Source: Eledone cirrhosa (Eukaryota). Taken from it: a stretch of 64,000 bases of DNA. The notes beneath the pieces are model-generated. The model did no database searches. It was not told where the DNA came from and was given only the letters and a program-made list of their open reading frames with translations. The stretch spans positions 9,610,001 to 9,674,000 of the forward strand of contig OZ024747.1 of assembly GCA_964016885.1 (NCBI GenBank). Reading direction: 5' to 3'. The translations under genes and the position numbers were made by a program. Below are positions 25,836 to 38,334 of this stretch, one piece after another; within the stretch, counting starts at the first letter, position 1, and every line of letters begins with the position of its first letter.

Positions 25836-26094
25836 TCAATATAAAATAAATCTTCTGCTCTCTGTTACCTGAATGTAAGACTATCGGTCTGACAATGCAA
25901 GTCTGTCTGTCTGTGTGTCTGTCTGTGTGTCTGTCTGTGTGTCTGTCTGTGTGTCTGTCTGTGTGTCTGTCTGTGTGTCTGTCTGTGTGTCTGTCTGTGT
26001 GTCTATATGTGTATTAATTACTACATTAGTAGCCAGTTGTGGTTATTAAATTGTTAATAACAGTGTTAGTTAAATAAGGTGGGATAGAGGGGGG

Positions 26095-26530
26095 TACCCT
26101 GTTAAGATGGAGGGGAGGCCCTGTTAAGGTGGTGATGGAGGTGAGGGGGGGAGACACCCTGTTAAGGTGGTGATGGAGGGGACAACCTGTTGAGGTGGTG
26201 ATGGAGGGGGACAACCTGTTAAGGTGATGGAGGGGGAGACACCCTGTTAAGGTGATGGAGGGGGACACCCTGTTTAGAAGGTGATGGAGGGGGACACCCT
26301 GTTAAGAAGGTGATGGAGGGGGAGACACCCTGTTAAGGTGGTGGAGGGGGGGACACCCTGTTAAGAAGGTGATGGAGGGGGAGACACCCTGTTAAGAAGG
26401 TGGTGGAGGGGGAGACACCCTGTTAAGAAGGTGGTGGAGGGGGAGACACCCTGTTAAGAAGGTGGTGGAGGGGGAGACACCCTGTTAAGAAGGTGATGGA
26501 GGGGGAGACACCCTGTTAAGAAGGTGGTGA
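26095..26530. repeat. G-rich ~26-31 bp minisatellite CACCCTGTTAAGAAGGTGATGGAGGGGGAGA
   Basis: Direct reading. Confidence 0.9.
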
Positions 26531-26610
26531 TTATAGAAGAGAAATAACTGCTTTTCTCTTTATAATTGTAGGGCTAGAAATGTAATATGTAAATTACTAT
26601 ATAATTAATG

Positions 26611-26667
<57 letters not shown>

Positions 26668-26748
26668 ATATAGAAAAATTGGGAGAGAATAACTAATTTA
26701 GACTTATATATGCCAGTGTGGAAAATGGATGTTAAATGATGATGATGA

Positions 26749-26796
<48 letters not shown>

Positions 26797-27029
26797 GCAC
26801 ACATACACATGTTTGTGTGTGTGTTTGCATGTATATATATATATACATGCACACATACACATATGTTTGTGTGTGTGTTTGCACATCACATGAAAGTATT
26901 GGTCTTTATTCATATCTGGAGATTTTAAGACTAACACAAGACCCAGTTTAAAGACAGGTTTAATATAGGACCCTGTTTTATGCTACCAATACCTGGTCCT
27001 TATACAACCTTCCGTAGAAGCACTTTATA

Positions 27030-27235
27030 ATAATATAATAATGAAATTATTGTGTACAGTGCTCAGGTGCACTACAACTCATCAAAGGTGCATGTATAGT
27101 ATATAGAATAATATACAAATGTCAGGGAAGTGAATAGTGTATGAGTCATGATATACATGTGTGTATGTGTATGGAGGGGGAATATTAGGTGTAGTGTTGG
27201 AGAATCTCAGTAAGCATGGAGGTTTTAAAGGTTTT
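27030..27235 (-). mobile_element. CR1 LINE 3'UTR fragment
   Basis: Matches the family 3'UTR. Confidence 0.82.
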
Positions 27236-27659
27236 ATACATGACAAGCCTGCCCTTCCTGCAGCCAAGACCCTTTTTTTTTTTGCTGTGTTCAGATGAGG
27301 AGATGGGACTCTACCAGGTTTAAATGCCCAAGTCATAGGCCCTTAATATTCCATCTGGAGTTTAGGACCCCTCTTTCACTGCACAACCAGATTCACCTGT
27401 AGTTTCCACTGCACCTTCTTCTGCTGCTAGGTCATGTTAATGTTCAGACAGTTTTTATGTTCAGCTCAGCTTACATTTCTTGTATAACTTACATTATAAA
27501 ATAAAACACCAGTAAAACACCGGTGTTGATTTTATTGACAATTCCCTTGTCCTTGCATCAATGTTGAAAACCATTATTATTTTTCTTGTCTGTAGTAGTT
27601 TTATGCAAATTTTTCACTGTGAGTAGAGTGAGATAGAGAGATATGCTAATGAGGAGGCA

Positions 27660-28050
27660 AGTGTAACTGAAGGGAAAGATGTAAGTTGGATGTGTGAGAC
27701 ATGACATATGGGAACATGATATAGCTGATGTGGAGCAACAGAGAAGGCTGGAAAGAATGGAAATGAAAATAATTTCGTGGATGAGTGGAGTATTGCCGAG
27801 AGAGGAAAACAAACAATGAATTACAGAGGACGATGGGAATAAAGCCAGTGATGAATGCCATGAAAAGAAATAGAATGAAATGACTGGACCATGTATTGAG
27901 GAAGAATAAAAGTGACTGGGTGGGAGAGAGGGATGATGACAATAACTGTGGAAAGAATTAGGAGGAGGAGATGTAGAAACACCTGTCTACAAGTAGTGGA
28001 GGAGAACATCAAAGCCAGATGATTGGTAGGTAGAGATATAGAGAAGATAA
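27660..28050 (+). mobile_element. Old, decayed RTE LINE 3' coding fragment
   Basis: Interrupted frames LKGKM..GCVR / RRLERMEMKIISWMSGV / NNELQRTMGIKPVMNAMKRNRMK*LDHVLRK resemble the RTE C-terminal region. Confidence 0.65.
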
Positions 28051-28186
28051 AGCTATCACCTGTTTTACCTGGGGAAATAACCTTAGAATATTTTTTATAG
28101 TGAGTTTTTCAATACAACACCAAATTAACCTGAATTTTTCACTGCATCATCAAATTCACCTATTTTCACTACACCACCAAATAATC

Positions 28187-29465
28187 ATAATAATGAAAAT
28201 TATTGTGTACAGTGCTCAGGTGCACTACATCTCATCAAAAGTGCATGTACAGTACATAGAATAATGAACAAATATCATGAAAGTGATATAGACACAGATA
28301 CACACACACATGTGTGTGTATGGAGGGAGAATATCAGGTGTAGTGTTGGCGAATTTCGGGAAGCATGGAAGTTTTAAAGGATGCAGTGTCCTGACAGCTA
28401 ACAACTGATGCAGGTAGTTTGTTCCATGGAAGTTTTAAAGGATGCAGTGTCCCGACAGCTAACAACTGATGCAGGTAGTTTGTTCCATGGAAGTTTTAAA
28501 GGATGCAGTGTCCCGACAGCTAACAACTGATGCAGGTAGTTTGTTCCATGGAAGTTTTAAAGGATGCAGTGTCCTGACAGCTAACAACTGATGCAGGTAG
28601 TTTGTTCCATGGAAGTTTTAAAGGATGCAGTGTCCTGACAGCTAACAACTGATGCAGGTAGTTTGTTCCATGGAAGTTTTAAAGGATGCAGTGTCCCGAC
28701 AGCTAACAACTGATGCAGGTAGTTTGTTCCATGGAAGTTTTAAAGGATGCAGTGTCCTGACAGCTAACAACTGATGCAGGTAGTTTGTTCCATGGAAGTT
28801 TTAAAGGATGCAGTGTCCTGACAGCTAACAACTGATGCAGGTAGTTTGTTCCATGGAAGTTTTAAAGGATGCAGTGTCCTGACAGCTAACAACTGATGCA
28901 GGTAGTTTGTTCCATGGAAGTTTTAAAGGATGCAGTGTCTCGACAGCTAACAACTGATGCAGGTAGTTTGTTCCATGGAAGTTTTAAAGGATGCAGTGTC
29001 TCGACAGCTAACAACTGATGCAGGTAGTTTGTTCCATGGAAGTTTTAAAGGATGCAGTGTCTCGACAGCTAACAACTGATGCAGGTAGTTTGTTCCATGG
29101 AAGTTTTAAAGGATGCAGTGTCCCGACAGCTAACAACTGATGCAGGTAGTTTGTTCCATGTTTCAGCAACTCTGAGCGTGAAAAAATGTTTCCAAAAGTC
29201 ATGGGATCTGTGCTGTTTTCTGATTTTGTAAGTATGTCTACAAGTGTTAGGTACATGGAATTGAAAAAGGTGCTCAGGGTTGTTGTTGGTAAGATGGCTA
29301 ATAATCTTGTGGGTGTCTACCTAGTCAGTTGTCAAATGTCAGATCTTTAATGTATCCATGCCTAGGAAAGCAAGGCGTTCAGAGTACGGTAAATGCCTGA
29401 TGGAGGGTATTCGCTTGGTTGCACGTCTCTGAACAGTTTCCAGGAGATCAATGTTCTGAGCAAGA
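28187..29465 (-). mobile_element. CR1-clade LINE 3' fragment with internal tandem expansion
   Basis: Minus strand IDLLETVQRRATKRIPSIRHLPYSERLAFLG...KHFFTLRVAETWNKLPASVV, with stops, then the 3'UTR. Confidence 0.88.
28364..29160. repeat. 61-bp tandem repeat (~13 copies) inside the CR1 3' end
   Basis: Unit TGGAAGTTTTAAAGGATGCAGTGTCCTGACAGCTAACAACTGATGCAGGTAGTTTGTTCCA. Confidence 0.95.
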
Positions 29466-29589
29466 GAGGGATGCCAGACTGGTTAAATATGAATCAGACA
29501 AGGTAACAGGTGTCACTAGATCAACTAAACTCTCTATATATAATTTCATGTTCTATGAATGTAATGAATGTGTCTGTCTGTATAGGTAT

Positions 29590-29776
29590 CAAGTGTATAC
29601 ATGTGAGTATATATGTGTGTGTGTTGTTTGCATATATACATGTGTGTATATGTGTATGTTGTTTGCATATACATGTGTGTATATGTGTATGTTGTTTGCA
29701 TATACATGTGTGTATATATGTGTGTTGTTTGTATATATACATGAGTATATGTGTGTTGTGTGTGCATGTACTTGTG

Positions 29777-29815
<39 letters not shown>

Positions 29816-30190
29816 TGTGTGTATATATATGTGTGTGTGTTGTGTGTATATATATGTGTGTATGTTGTGTGTATATATATGTGTGTGTGTTGTGTGTCTA
29901 TATATGTGTGTGTTGTGTGTATATATGTGTGTGCGTGTTGTGTATATATATATGTGTGTGTGTTGTGTGTATATATATGTGTGTGTGTATTGTGTGTATA
30001 TATATATGTGTGTGTGTTGTGTGTATATATATATGTGTGTGTTGTATGTATATATGTGTTGTTTGCATATATACATGTGTATATATCTGTATGTCGTTTG
30101 CATATATACATGTGTGCATATATGTGTTGTGTGTGTATGTACATGTATGTATATATGTATGTCTGTGTGTGTATGTGCTTGTGTAGTGTA
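29590..30190. repeat. TG/TA compound repeat with TTG spacers
   Basis: Direct reading. Confidence 0.9.
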
Positions 30191-30299
30191 TATATAAACA
30201 TTACAAACACAAAAACAAATTCACACAACAAATGTCACAGAAACATCTTCTCACTTCTACAAAGTCACTTTTTCCTGCACACCTTTGGTGATGATGATG

Positions 30300-30560
30300 G
30301 TGGGGGGGGGGGTAGAAGTGTCGGTGATGATGTTGGTGGGGGGTGGCAGGTTGAAAGGGGGGGGTGATAGGTAGAAGTGTTGGTGATGGTGGTGGGGGGT
30401 GGCAGGTTGAAAGGGGGGGGTGATAGGTAGAAGTGTTGGTGATGGTGGTGGGGGGTGGCAGGTTGAAAGGGGGTGGTGAGAGGTAGAAATGCTGGTGATG
30501 GTGGTGACAGAGGGGTGGTGACAGGTAGGAGTGTTGGTGATGGTGTGGTGGTGGTGGTGG
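30300..30560. repeat. G-rich ~56-59 bp tandem repeat (GGTAGAAGTG...GGGGGGTGGCAGGTTGAAAGGGGG), about 4 copies
   Basis: Direct reading. Confidence 0.8.
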
Positions 30561-31065
30561 TGGCGAAAGGGATGGGGTGTTGGTGAGAGAGGATGGTGGT
30601 GAGAGGGATGGGAGGGAGTGGCAAGAGGGGCGGGGTGGTGACATGAATGACTGCAATGTGGTGGTTATTTCTTTTTGTTTTATTTCAACTGCGATGATGA
30701 CATAATGACATCAGGGGGTGATGACAAGAGAGGAGGAAGATGGTAATGATGATGATGATGAGGAGGATAATGTTGATGATGATAATGATGATGATGGTGT
30801 TAATGATGATAGTAATGAATTGGTGGTGGTTCTTCTTCTTTTTACTTTTTCTTCTTACTTTTAAAGTGTTTGTCATCTTTGGAATTAAAATCCAAACAAA
30901 CAAACATTTGTTCCATTCTTGCTGGAAATATCCTCCAGAAGACATCAATTGTCAGCCATGACAGATATTTCTAAGATGTCTTCCTTTCACATCTGCTTGA
31001 CATTTCACAACAGCAAACACAGCAATGTTAATGGCTTAATCATTTCAACTGGTTTATAGCTAAAT

Positions 31066-31250
31066 AATAATAATAATTTCTACTTTTGGCACAAGGCCAG
31101 CAATAACCCAGTGTATTACTGGTACTTTATTTTATCGACCCCCCCGTAAGGATGAAAGGCAAAGTTAACCTCGGCGGGATTTGAACTGAGACCCTAAAGG
31201 GTCGTAACACAATGCTGCAAAGCATGGTGTATGTCCCTCTACCGAAACTA
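31066..31250 (-). mobile_element. Meta-domain-like tRNA SINE
   Basis: Family consensus. Confidence 0.85.
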
Positions 31251-31671
31251 GCAGCAGCAGTAGTAGTAGCAGCAATAGTAGTAGTAGTAGTAGTAATATA
31301 AAAACAAATTGTAGTGTTTTATGGTTGAATTAAGACAAATTTGAGTCAGCAGAGAAGACCCTGTTACTCTCATAATATCCCTATATCAAACACAGGCTCT
31401 CTCTCTTTCTCTCTCTTGCCCTCTCTCACTCCCTCCCCCTCACGCTCCCTCTCCCCTCACTCTCACGCTCCCTCTCCTTATCTGTCTCTTTCTCTCTCCC
31501 TCTCTTTCTCTATCTCCCTCCTTACTCTCCCTCTCCTTATCTCTCTATCCTCTCTCTCCCCCCTCACTCTCCCTCTCCTCTCATCATGTCTAACAATTTA
31601 AAGGAAGATGAAAAGACAACAACATTACTCATCATTTCCCCTTCACCCCAGTCTTTTATTTCTTTATTAAA

Positions 31672-32061
31672 TACCTTCCAAGTGTCGCACAACACCACCA
31701 TAGTGCCACACAACCCCACCATAGTGCCACACAACACCACCTTCCAAGTGCCACACAACACCACCATAGTGCCACACAACCCCACCATAGTGCCACACAA
31801 CACCACCTTCCAAGTGCCACACAACACCACCATAGTGCCACACAACACCACCTTCCAAGTGCCACACAACACCACCATAGTGCCACACAACCCCACCATA
31901 GGGCCACACAACACCACCATAGTGCCACACAACACCACCTTCCAAGTGCCACACAACACCACCTTCCAAGTGCCACACAACACCACCATAGTGCCACACA
32001 ACCCCACCATAGGGCCACACAACACCACCATAGTGCCACACAACACCACAATAGTGCCACA
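31672..32061. repeat. Minisatellite of mixed 21-bp (CACCATAGTGCCACACAACAC) and 24-bp (CACCTTCCAAGTGCCACACAACAC) units
   Basis: Direct reading. The ORF track shows 7- and 8-aa periods. Confidence 0.92.
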
Positions 32062-32202
32062 ATAATCATGACATACATAACAACATACAACAACAATCAC
32101 TGTTGTGACTATTTATACTTAACTCGTCCTATGGACTGAGTGCTCCTACCGCTGGATATTTCTACCAAACTTGTCCTGCAGTATATATACATATATATAT
32201 AT

Positions 32203-32540
32203 GGAGGCACATGGCTTAGTGGTTAGAGCATTGGCCTTGCAATCGAAAGGTTGTGAGTTCAATTCTCAGACCGGGTGATGTGTTGTTTCCTTGAGCAAGA
32301 CACTTTATTTCACATTGCTCCAGTTTACTCAGGTGTAGAAATGAGATGATAGGGACTGGGGTCCCTATCATTCCACTGCAAAGTGGTCGTGGAGGTGCCA
32401 TGGCAAAAAAGCACCCAGCACTCACTGTAAATGAGGTTGGTGTTAGGAAGGGCATCCAGCTGTAGAAATCAAGCCAGAATCAGTTCCTGTCCCACCCTTG
32501 CAAGCAGGGAAAAGTGGACGTAAAATGATGATGATGATGA
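32203..32540 (+). mobile_element. Full-length tRNA/CORE SINE with RTE tail (type A)
   Basis: A box TGGCTTAGTGG, B box GAGTTCAATTC, CORE-like block, RTE 3'UTR tail, (ATG)n end. Confidence 0.92.
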
Positions 32541-32574
32541 TATATATACATATATATATATGCAGTAAAGAATC

Positions 32575-33075
32575 CAGTGCTCATCAGGGTTCAATATTCA
32601 GCCCACTTCTGTTTATTATAGTTCTCCAGGTCATAAGAGAGAGGAGTTTAAAGCTGGATGTCCACAGATACTTGTGTATACCGGTGGCCTTGTTCTTTTA
32701 GCTGAATCTGTGGAAGAGCTTGAGAAGAAATTCCTAATGTGGAAACAGAACTTACAACTTACACTCAGAATAAGCCTAACAAAGATGAAAGTATTAGGGA
32801 AGAGGCCATGTTTACTATGTAGCAAAGGAGTAGCTGGGAACTGTATACCCTGTACACAATGTAAACTATAGGTACAGAAAAGGTGTAGTGGGATAGCAGG
32901 GAGGCTAACAGAAAAGGTGGAACTTATATGTGGCAGATGCATCAGGGTAGTTAGTAGTAAGAGCCTCAGTGAAATAAATGTTTTCCAATCTCCATAGAAG
33001 TAGTTAATAGCTTCTGTTACCCAATCAGAGGAAGAAGTTGTTCTAAAAACATAGTAGCTCGAATAACAACAGGAT
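32575..33075 (+). pseudogene. Decayed RTE reverse transcriptase core with Cys-rich insert
   Basis: HQGSIFSPLLFIIVL (frameshift) EFKAGCPQILVYTGGLVLLAESVEELEKKFLMWKQNL...PCLLCSKGVAGNCIPCTQCKL*VQKRCSG...CGRC. The YADD motif has decayed to YTGG. Confidence 0.85.
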
Positions 33076-33544
33076 TATATATATATGTCATCACTGTTTA
33101 ATGTCCACTTTCCATGCTAGCATGGGTTAGACAGTTTGCCTTGTTGTGAGACAAACTAGGTCTGATGACCATGACTTGCTCATACAGAACTGGTTTTGGT
33201 TTGGTTTTACGACTGGATGACCTTCATATATATATCATTTATATATTTATAATTTTTGATGATATAGTGTTAAAGAATAAAAACTAATGGTCAAATTCAG
33301 ATATATTTTGAATACTGAGGCCCCTGAGGATGTGTGACCTTAAGCTGTAGCCTATTTAGCCCCTAGGTAAGTCCAGCCCTGCACTATAAACCTCCCTATG
33401 ATATCTAAAATAAATCACAACAGATGGAAACAAGGCATTTATTTAGACACGTGTTCTGTTCAATATAGAAGGCAAATCTCATAAGAGTCATCTCTCTTCA
33501 TCTAAAGGTTTTATATGTTAGCAGTGTTTGGCCCTTAAAGTTGA

Positions 33545-34080
33545 GATGATGGTGGTGGTGGTGTGGTGACGATGGTGATAGGGATGGTGGTGTTAGTAGT
33601 GGTGATGGTGTCGATGGTGTTAGTGGTGGTGGTGTTAATGGAGGTGGTGTCAATGGTGTTAGTGGAGGTGGTGAGGGTGGTGTTAGTGGTGATGGTGTCG
33701 ATGGTGTTAGTGGTGGTGGTGACAGTGGTATTAGTGGAGGTGGTGAGGGTGGTGACGGTGGTGTTAGTGGTGGTGTTAGTGGTGGTGGTGTTAGTGGAGG
33801 TGGTGTCGATGGTGTTAGTGGAGGTGGTGAGGGTGGTGTTAGTGGTGACGGTGGTGGTGGTGTTAGTGGTGGTGGTGTTAGTGGAGGTGGTGTCGATGGT
33901 GTTAGTGGAGGTGGTGAGGGTGGTGACGGTGGTGGTGGTGTTAGTGGTGGTGCTGGTGTTAGTGGTGGTGGTGTCGATGGTGTTAGTGGTGGTGGTGACA
34001 GTGGTATTAGTGGAGGTGGTGACGGTGGTGGTGGTGTTAGTGGAGGTGGTGGTGTTAGTGGTGGTGGTGTTGTTGTTTGT
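33545..34080. repeat. (GGT)n-based cryptic repeat with GTTAGT spacers
   Basis: Direct reading. Confidence 0.9.
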
Positions 34081-35061
34081 GAAGTCAACTAAATGGATTA
34101 AACAACAAATTGTTAGTTTTTTCTCTCTGTGTCCCCCAGTCTCTGTGTCTGTGTTTACATATGTGTGTGTATGTGAATACTATTTTTTTTTTTTTGTAAA
34201 ATATCTAGGCCAGACAATGGATTATCAGAATTAAGAGGGATAATAAAGATTTATCTATTTTATATATTTTATTTAATTGTAGAGAAAGTCTTAGTGTATG
34301 AAAGAGTAAGATTCTGTGATAGCCAATGAAACCTTAAGAAGTTGAAGTTGAAATCCAATCTATTTACTGCTAGATATACGTTCTATATCTCCCAGGAACC
34401 TATTTACAACTAAGAGGATCCTACCTCCTCATATTACAGCACAATGGACTGAGCCAGAAAATAAGTCAATAAGGAAGTCTCTATATGGTCACTTGATATC
34501 CTATAAATAACAGCATAAAATCAGATATTACCATCTTAATTAAGAATAGCAGATATTGGATAAGGTAGTCTTACATACACTGTTAGAAGTGTACCATTCA
34601 CAGGTAGATATTTCTAACTAAAGAAATTGTACCTAGCATCATAATTAAGTCTAGGACATGTTGGATAAGGTAGTACTAGGTACATTGTTTCAAGGATTAA
34701 TAGGTCCAACAACATCTGTTTAAAATAGAGGTATATATGGTCCCATAACTTCTATTAGGGAGTCATAGGGGTGTTGTATTGACATATGGCATTTCTAAGG
34801 CATTTTTTAAAACCTAGTGGAGCCAATTTCTTCTCCAGATTTCTTCCAGAGAAGAATAGAGAGTGAGAGAAAGAAAGTGAGAAAGAGATATGGAGGAAGA
34901 TTCAACCCCACTACTTGACTGGTACTTTTTTATATTGACCTCAAATGGATGAAAGACAAATTTTGACCTCAGTGAGACTAGAACAGAGAGAGTAAAGAAC
35001 CTGAAAGAATACCATAAAGCATTTTATCCAACATTCAACGACTACCAGCTCGCTGCCTTAC

Positions 35062-35372
35062 ATTCCATGTGTCTAACACACGTGGACATGCCCACAAAGT
35101 AAGAAAACAGCACAGTTCCCATGACTTTCGGAAACATTTTTTCACGCTCAGAGTTGCTGAAGCATGGAACAAACTACCTGCATCAGTTGTTAGCTGTCGA
35201 GACACTGCATCCTTTAAGGCCTCCATGCTTCCCGAGATTCGCCAACACTACAGCTAACACATACACACATGTACTTCCCTGACATTTGTGTATTATTCTA
35301 TGTTCTATATTGACGAGTTGTAGTGCACCTGAGCACTTTACACAATAATTTCATTATTATTATTATTATTAT
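35062..35372 (+). mobile_element. CR1-clade LINE 3' end (best-preserved copy)
   Basis: NTRGHAHKVRKQHSSHDFRKHFFTLRVAEAWNKLPASVVSCRDTASFK fits the CR1 ORF2 C-terminal TRGH..K....RK.FF..RV...WN.LP..VV......FK. Ends in (TTA)n. Confidence 0.9.
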
Positions 35373-35764
35373 ACTCTTATATGCACTGTAAAACAACAAC
35401 AGTAACAAGAACAACTAAATAAATAACAAAACAGGGTCACCACAGCTGCAATAAGTTGTGATGAAAGCTCTAATTAATCTGAGAATTGTTATTTAGTCTT
35501 AAATACATATTTTTAATGTTACTTTCTTAACGAAAGAGGAAAAGGGATTTGTTATAACAAAAATTGATAGAAAATCTAGTTTAATAAAGGATTACCTGAG
35601 CTGGATTAGGTTGAAGTTAATTCTGTCATCTGTCCATTGAAAAAGAATCTGTGGACTTATGACTTTATGGCAGATCAGTAAATCTGATAATGATGATGAT
35701 AATAATAATATATGATAATAATAATAATAATAATAACTGTAATGATGATGGTGATGGTGATAAT

Positions 35765-35985
35765 GATTTCTAGCATAGGCACAAGGCCAGTAATTTGAAA
35801 AGGAGGGGAAAGTCAATTAAATCGACCCCAGTGCATGGCTGGTATTTTATTTTATTGACCCTGTAAGGATGAAAGGCAAAGCTAACCTCGGTGGGATTGG
35901 ATCTCAGAACGTAAAGGGACGTAACTCTATGCCACGAAGCATGGGTTTCCGACGCTCTACTGATTCTGCCAATCCACTGCCTTAT
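35765..35985 (-). mobile_element. Meta-domain-like tRNA SINE (long-tail variant)
   Basis: Family consensus with the additional GGGGTCGATTTAATTGACTTTCCCCTCC segment. Confidence 0.85.
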
Positions 35986-36911
35986 AATAATGATATTGAT
36001 TTCTTTATTGGCCATCATGATGAATATTTTAATACATCCCTACCACTGGCCACTTGCTCTCTCTCCTGCCACCTTCTTTCACACAAAGAACACTCAATTT
36101 GTAGCCCACCCTCTCTTGTATATAAACTCTCCCCCTCCATCTCATAATTGTCACCACTGTGTTTATAATACTACCACCTCCAGTAATACCACCTCTACCA
36201 CTATCTCTAGTAACACCATTACCACCATCACCACCACCACCATCTCCAGTAAAACACCACTCCCATCTCCAATAACACCATTACCAGCAACTTCAGTAGA
36301 ACAATCACCACCACCATCACAACCACCACCACCACCATCACCACTACCACCACTACTACTAACCCAGTAATACTACCAACACCACCACCACCTCTATCAC
36401 CAACACCATCTTCAGTAACACCACCATCGCCATCACCACCACCACCACCACCACAAGCTCCAGTAACACCCCCATCACCCCCACCACCACCATGTCCATA
36501 TATATTTAATTAAAATGTTTCTATTTATCACAGAGATCTGTTACAATCTAATTAATTTCTTCACCCTGTGTTTGAGTCACATAAATGTCGCTGTGGAGTT
36601 AAAGTCTATTATAGATGACAGCACCTCTTGTCTTTACACAGTGTCTCCTTCTCTATGGCACACTGAATGATGTCATTAAGAGGAGCTGTGACACTGCTTG
36701 TCTTTCATTATAGCTAGAACCTGTTGGCTTCAGCTCTGGTAATGGTAGGCACCCAGGTACCAGTCATATACTAGGGTTGATCTAATTGACTTCCCCTTCA
36801 AATTACTGGTTTTGTGTCAAATTTAGAAACAAGTCACACACTGGGGTCGATTTAATCAACTTTCCCCTCTCCCAATATTGCTAGCCTTGTGCCAATATAA
36901 GAAACCTGTCC

Positions 36912-37460
36912 AAATACCGGTCGCTCTCCGACATGTTTGCGGTCGTACTCTTGGCAGTGGAGACTTCTGGTGTCCTTGGCTTTAGGGCTACCTCCCTATT
37001 CACCACCATAGGTACAGACCCAGCTACCTGTAGCAGTGGAGACTTCTGGTGTCCTTGGCCTTAGGGCTACCTCCCTACTCACCACCATAGGTACAGACCC
37101 GGCTACCTGTAGCAGTGGAGACTTCTGGTGTCCTCGGCCCTAGGGCTACCTCCCTACTCACCACCATAGGCGCTGAGCTGGCTACCTGTAGCAGTGGAGA
37201 CTTCTGGTGTCCTCAGGCCTTAGGGCTACCTCCCTACTCACCACCATAGGCGCTGAGCTGGCTACCTGTAGCAGTGGAGACTTCTGGTGTCCTTGGCCTT
37301 AGGGCTACCTCCCTACTCACCACCATAGGCGCTGAGCTGGCCAACTGCAGGTGTGAGCCTCACAAGTTGGAATGTCTCTTCCAGCGTGTCTCCCTTGCCG
37401 TCCTCTGGGGAAACCCCTTCTCCATTCTGTCCACTGGGGCTGTGGGGAGGCCATCAATAT
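36912..37460 (+). mobile_element. CRE-clade non-LTR retrotransposon 3' remnant with a five-fold internal 79-bp duplication
   Basis: Collapsed frame KYRSLSDMFAVVLLAVETSGVLGLRATSLLTTIGAELA...LFQRVSLAVLWGNPFSILSTG fits the CRE motif AVET.G..G......IG..L...LFQR.S.A..RGNA.SIL. Units start at 36954, 37033, 37112, 37191 and 37271. Confidence 0.75.
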
Positions 37461-37549
37461 GATTGACTGGCTTGTCATTTTATCATCTACAAATATAGTA
37501 GTAGCTTATTGTTCCGGAATTAATATATTTTGTCTATCATGCATGGTAA

Positions 37550-37882
37550 AAGGGCAGGAGATTGGCAGTAATTGGTAGAGTGTCGGACAATGTGCTTTGT
37601 GGCATAGCGCTACATCCCTTTACGTTCTGAGTTCAAACACTGCCAAGGTTAACTTTGCCTTTCAACCTTACGAGGTTGGTAGAATAAAGTACCAGTAATG
37701 CACTGGGGTCGATTTAACAGACTTTCCCCTTCCCCAAAATTGTTGGCCTTGTACCTAAATCAGAAGCCATTATTATGCATAGTAAAAGAGCAGTGGATTG
37801 GCAGTATCGGTAGAGTGTCGGACACCCTGCTTTGCAGCATAGAGTTATGGCCCTTTGCGTTCTGAGTTCAAATCCCACCGAG
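37550..37882 (+). mobile_element. Meta-domain-like SINE plus a second 5' half
   Basis: Family head at ~37553 and ~37790. Confidence 0.85.
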
Positions 37883-37889
37883 TAAATAT

Positions 37890-38325
37890 GATAATTGTTG
37901 GATCTTCCACAATCTGTTGAGTCTCAACAAGGACCTTAAATAGAAAGAACTTTCCTGAGTATATGCGTAGTACTGAGACAGGACAGTCTTTTATAGAGAG
38001 CAGGTTGTGTCTGAAGGTCAATTTGTTGAGAATATTCTCAGTTTTACTGGTATGGAGCCGAAACTACTGGAATTATCTTGATGTTGTTTGGTCATATTGA
38101 CCACACTTGTGCAATATTGATCTCCCACTATTTTGTTATTTTCTCAATTTCTTTCAAGGTTATATTGTGGTCTCTTGTGATAGTAGCATCAATAGTCTGA
38201 CAGCCATGCCAATTTCTCTGCATAACTACAATATTATGTCTATTGTATTCAAGTCTGCAGTCAATTTGAATAATGAAGTTCCAAAATATCTTGCAGATAC
38301 CATTTATTAGACACTTAATATCCAT
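37890..38325 (-). mobile_element. Decayed R4/Dong restriction-like endonuclease region and 3' end
   Basis: Minus strand KIFWNFIIQIDCRLEYNRHNIVV...IDATITRDHNITLKEIEKITK*, then IKIIPVV and STTHILRKVLSI*. Confidence 0.78.
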
Positions 38326-38334
38326 ATCTAAGTA

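Noticed and set aside
31564-32100. Mucin-like (VPHNTTI)n and (GGVVWHY)n ORFs
   Set aside because: A 21/24-bp minisatellite open in multiple frames on both strands.
33300-33380. Strong donor site TAG|GTAAGT
   Set aside because: It lies in what looks like a DNA-transposon terminus (..AGTCCAGCCCTG), with no upstream acceptor or open frame.
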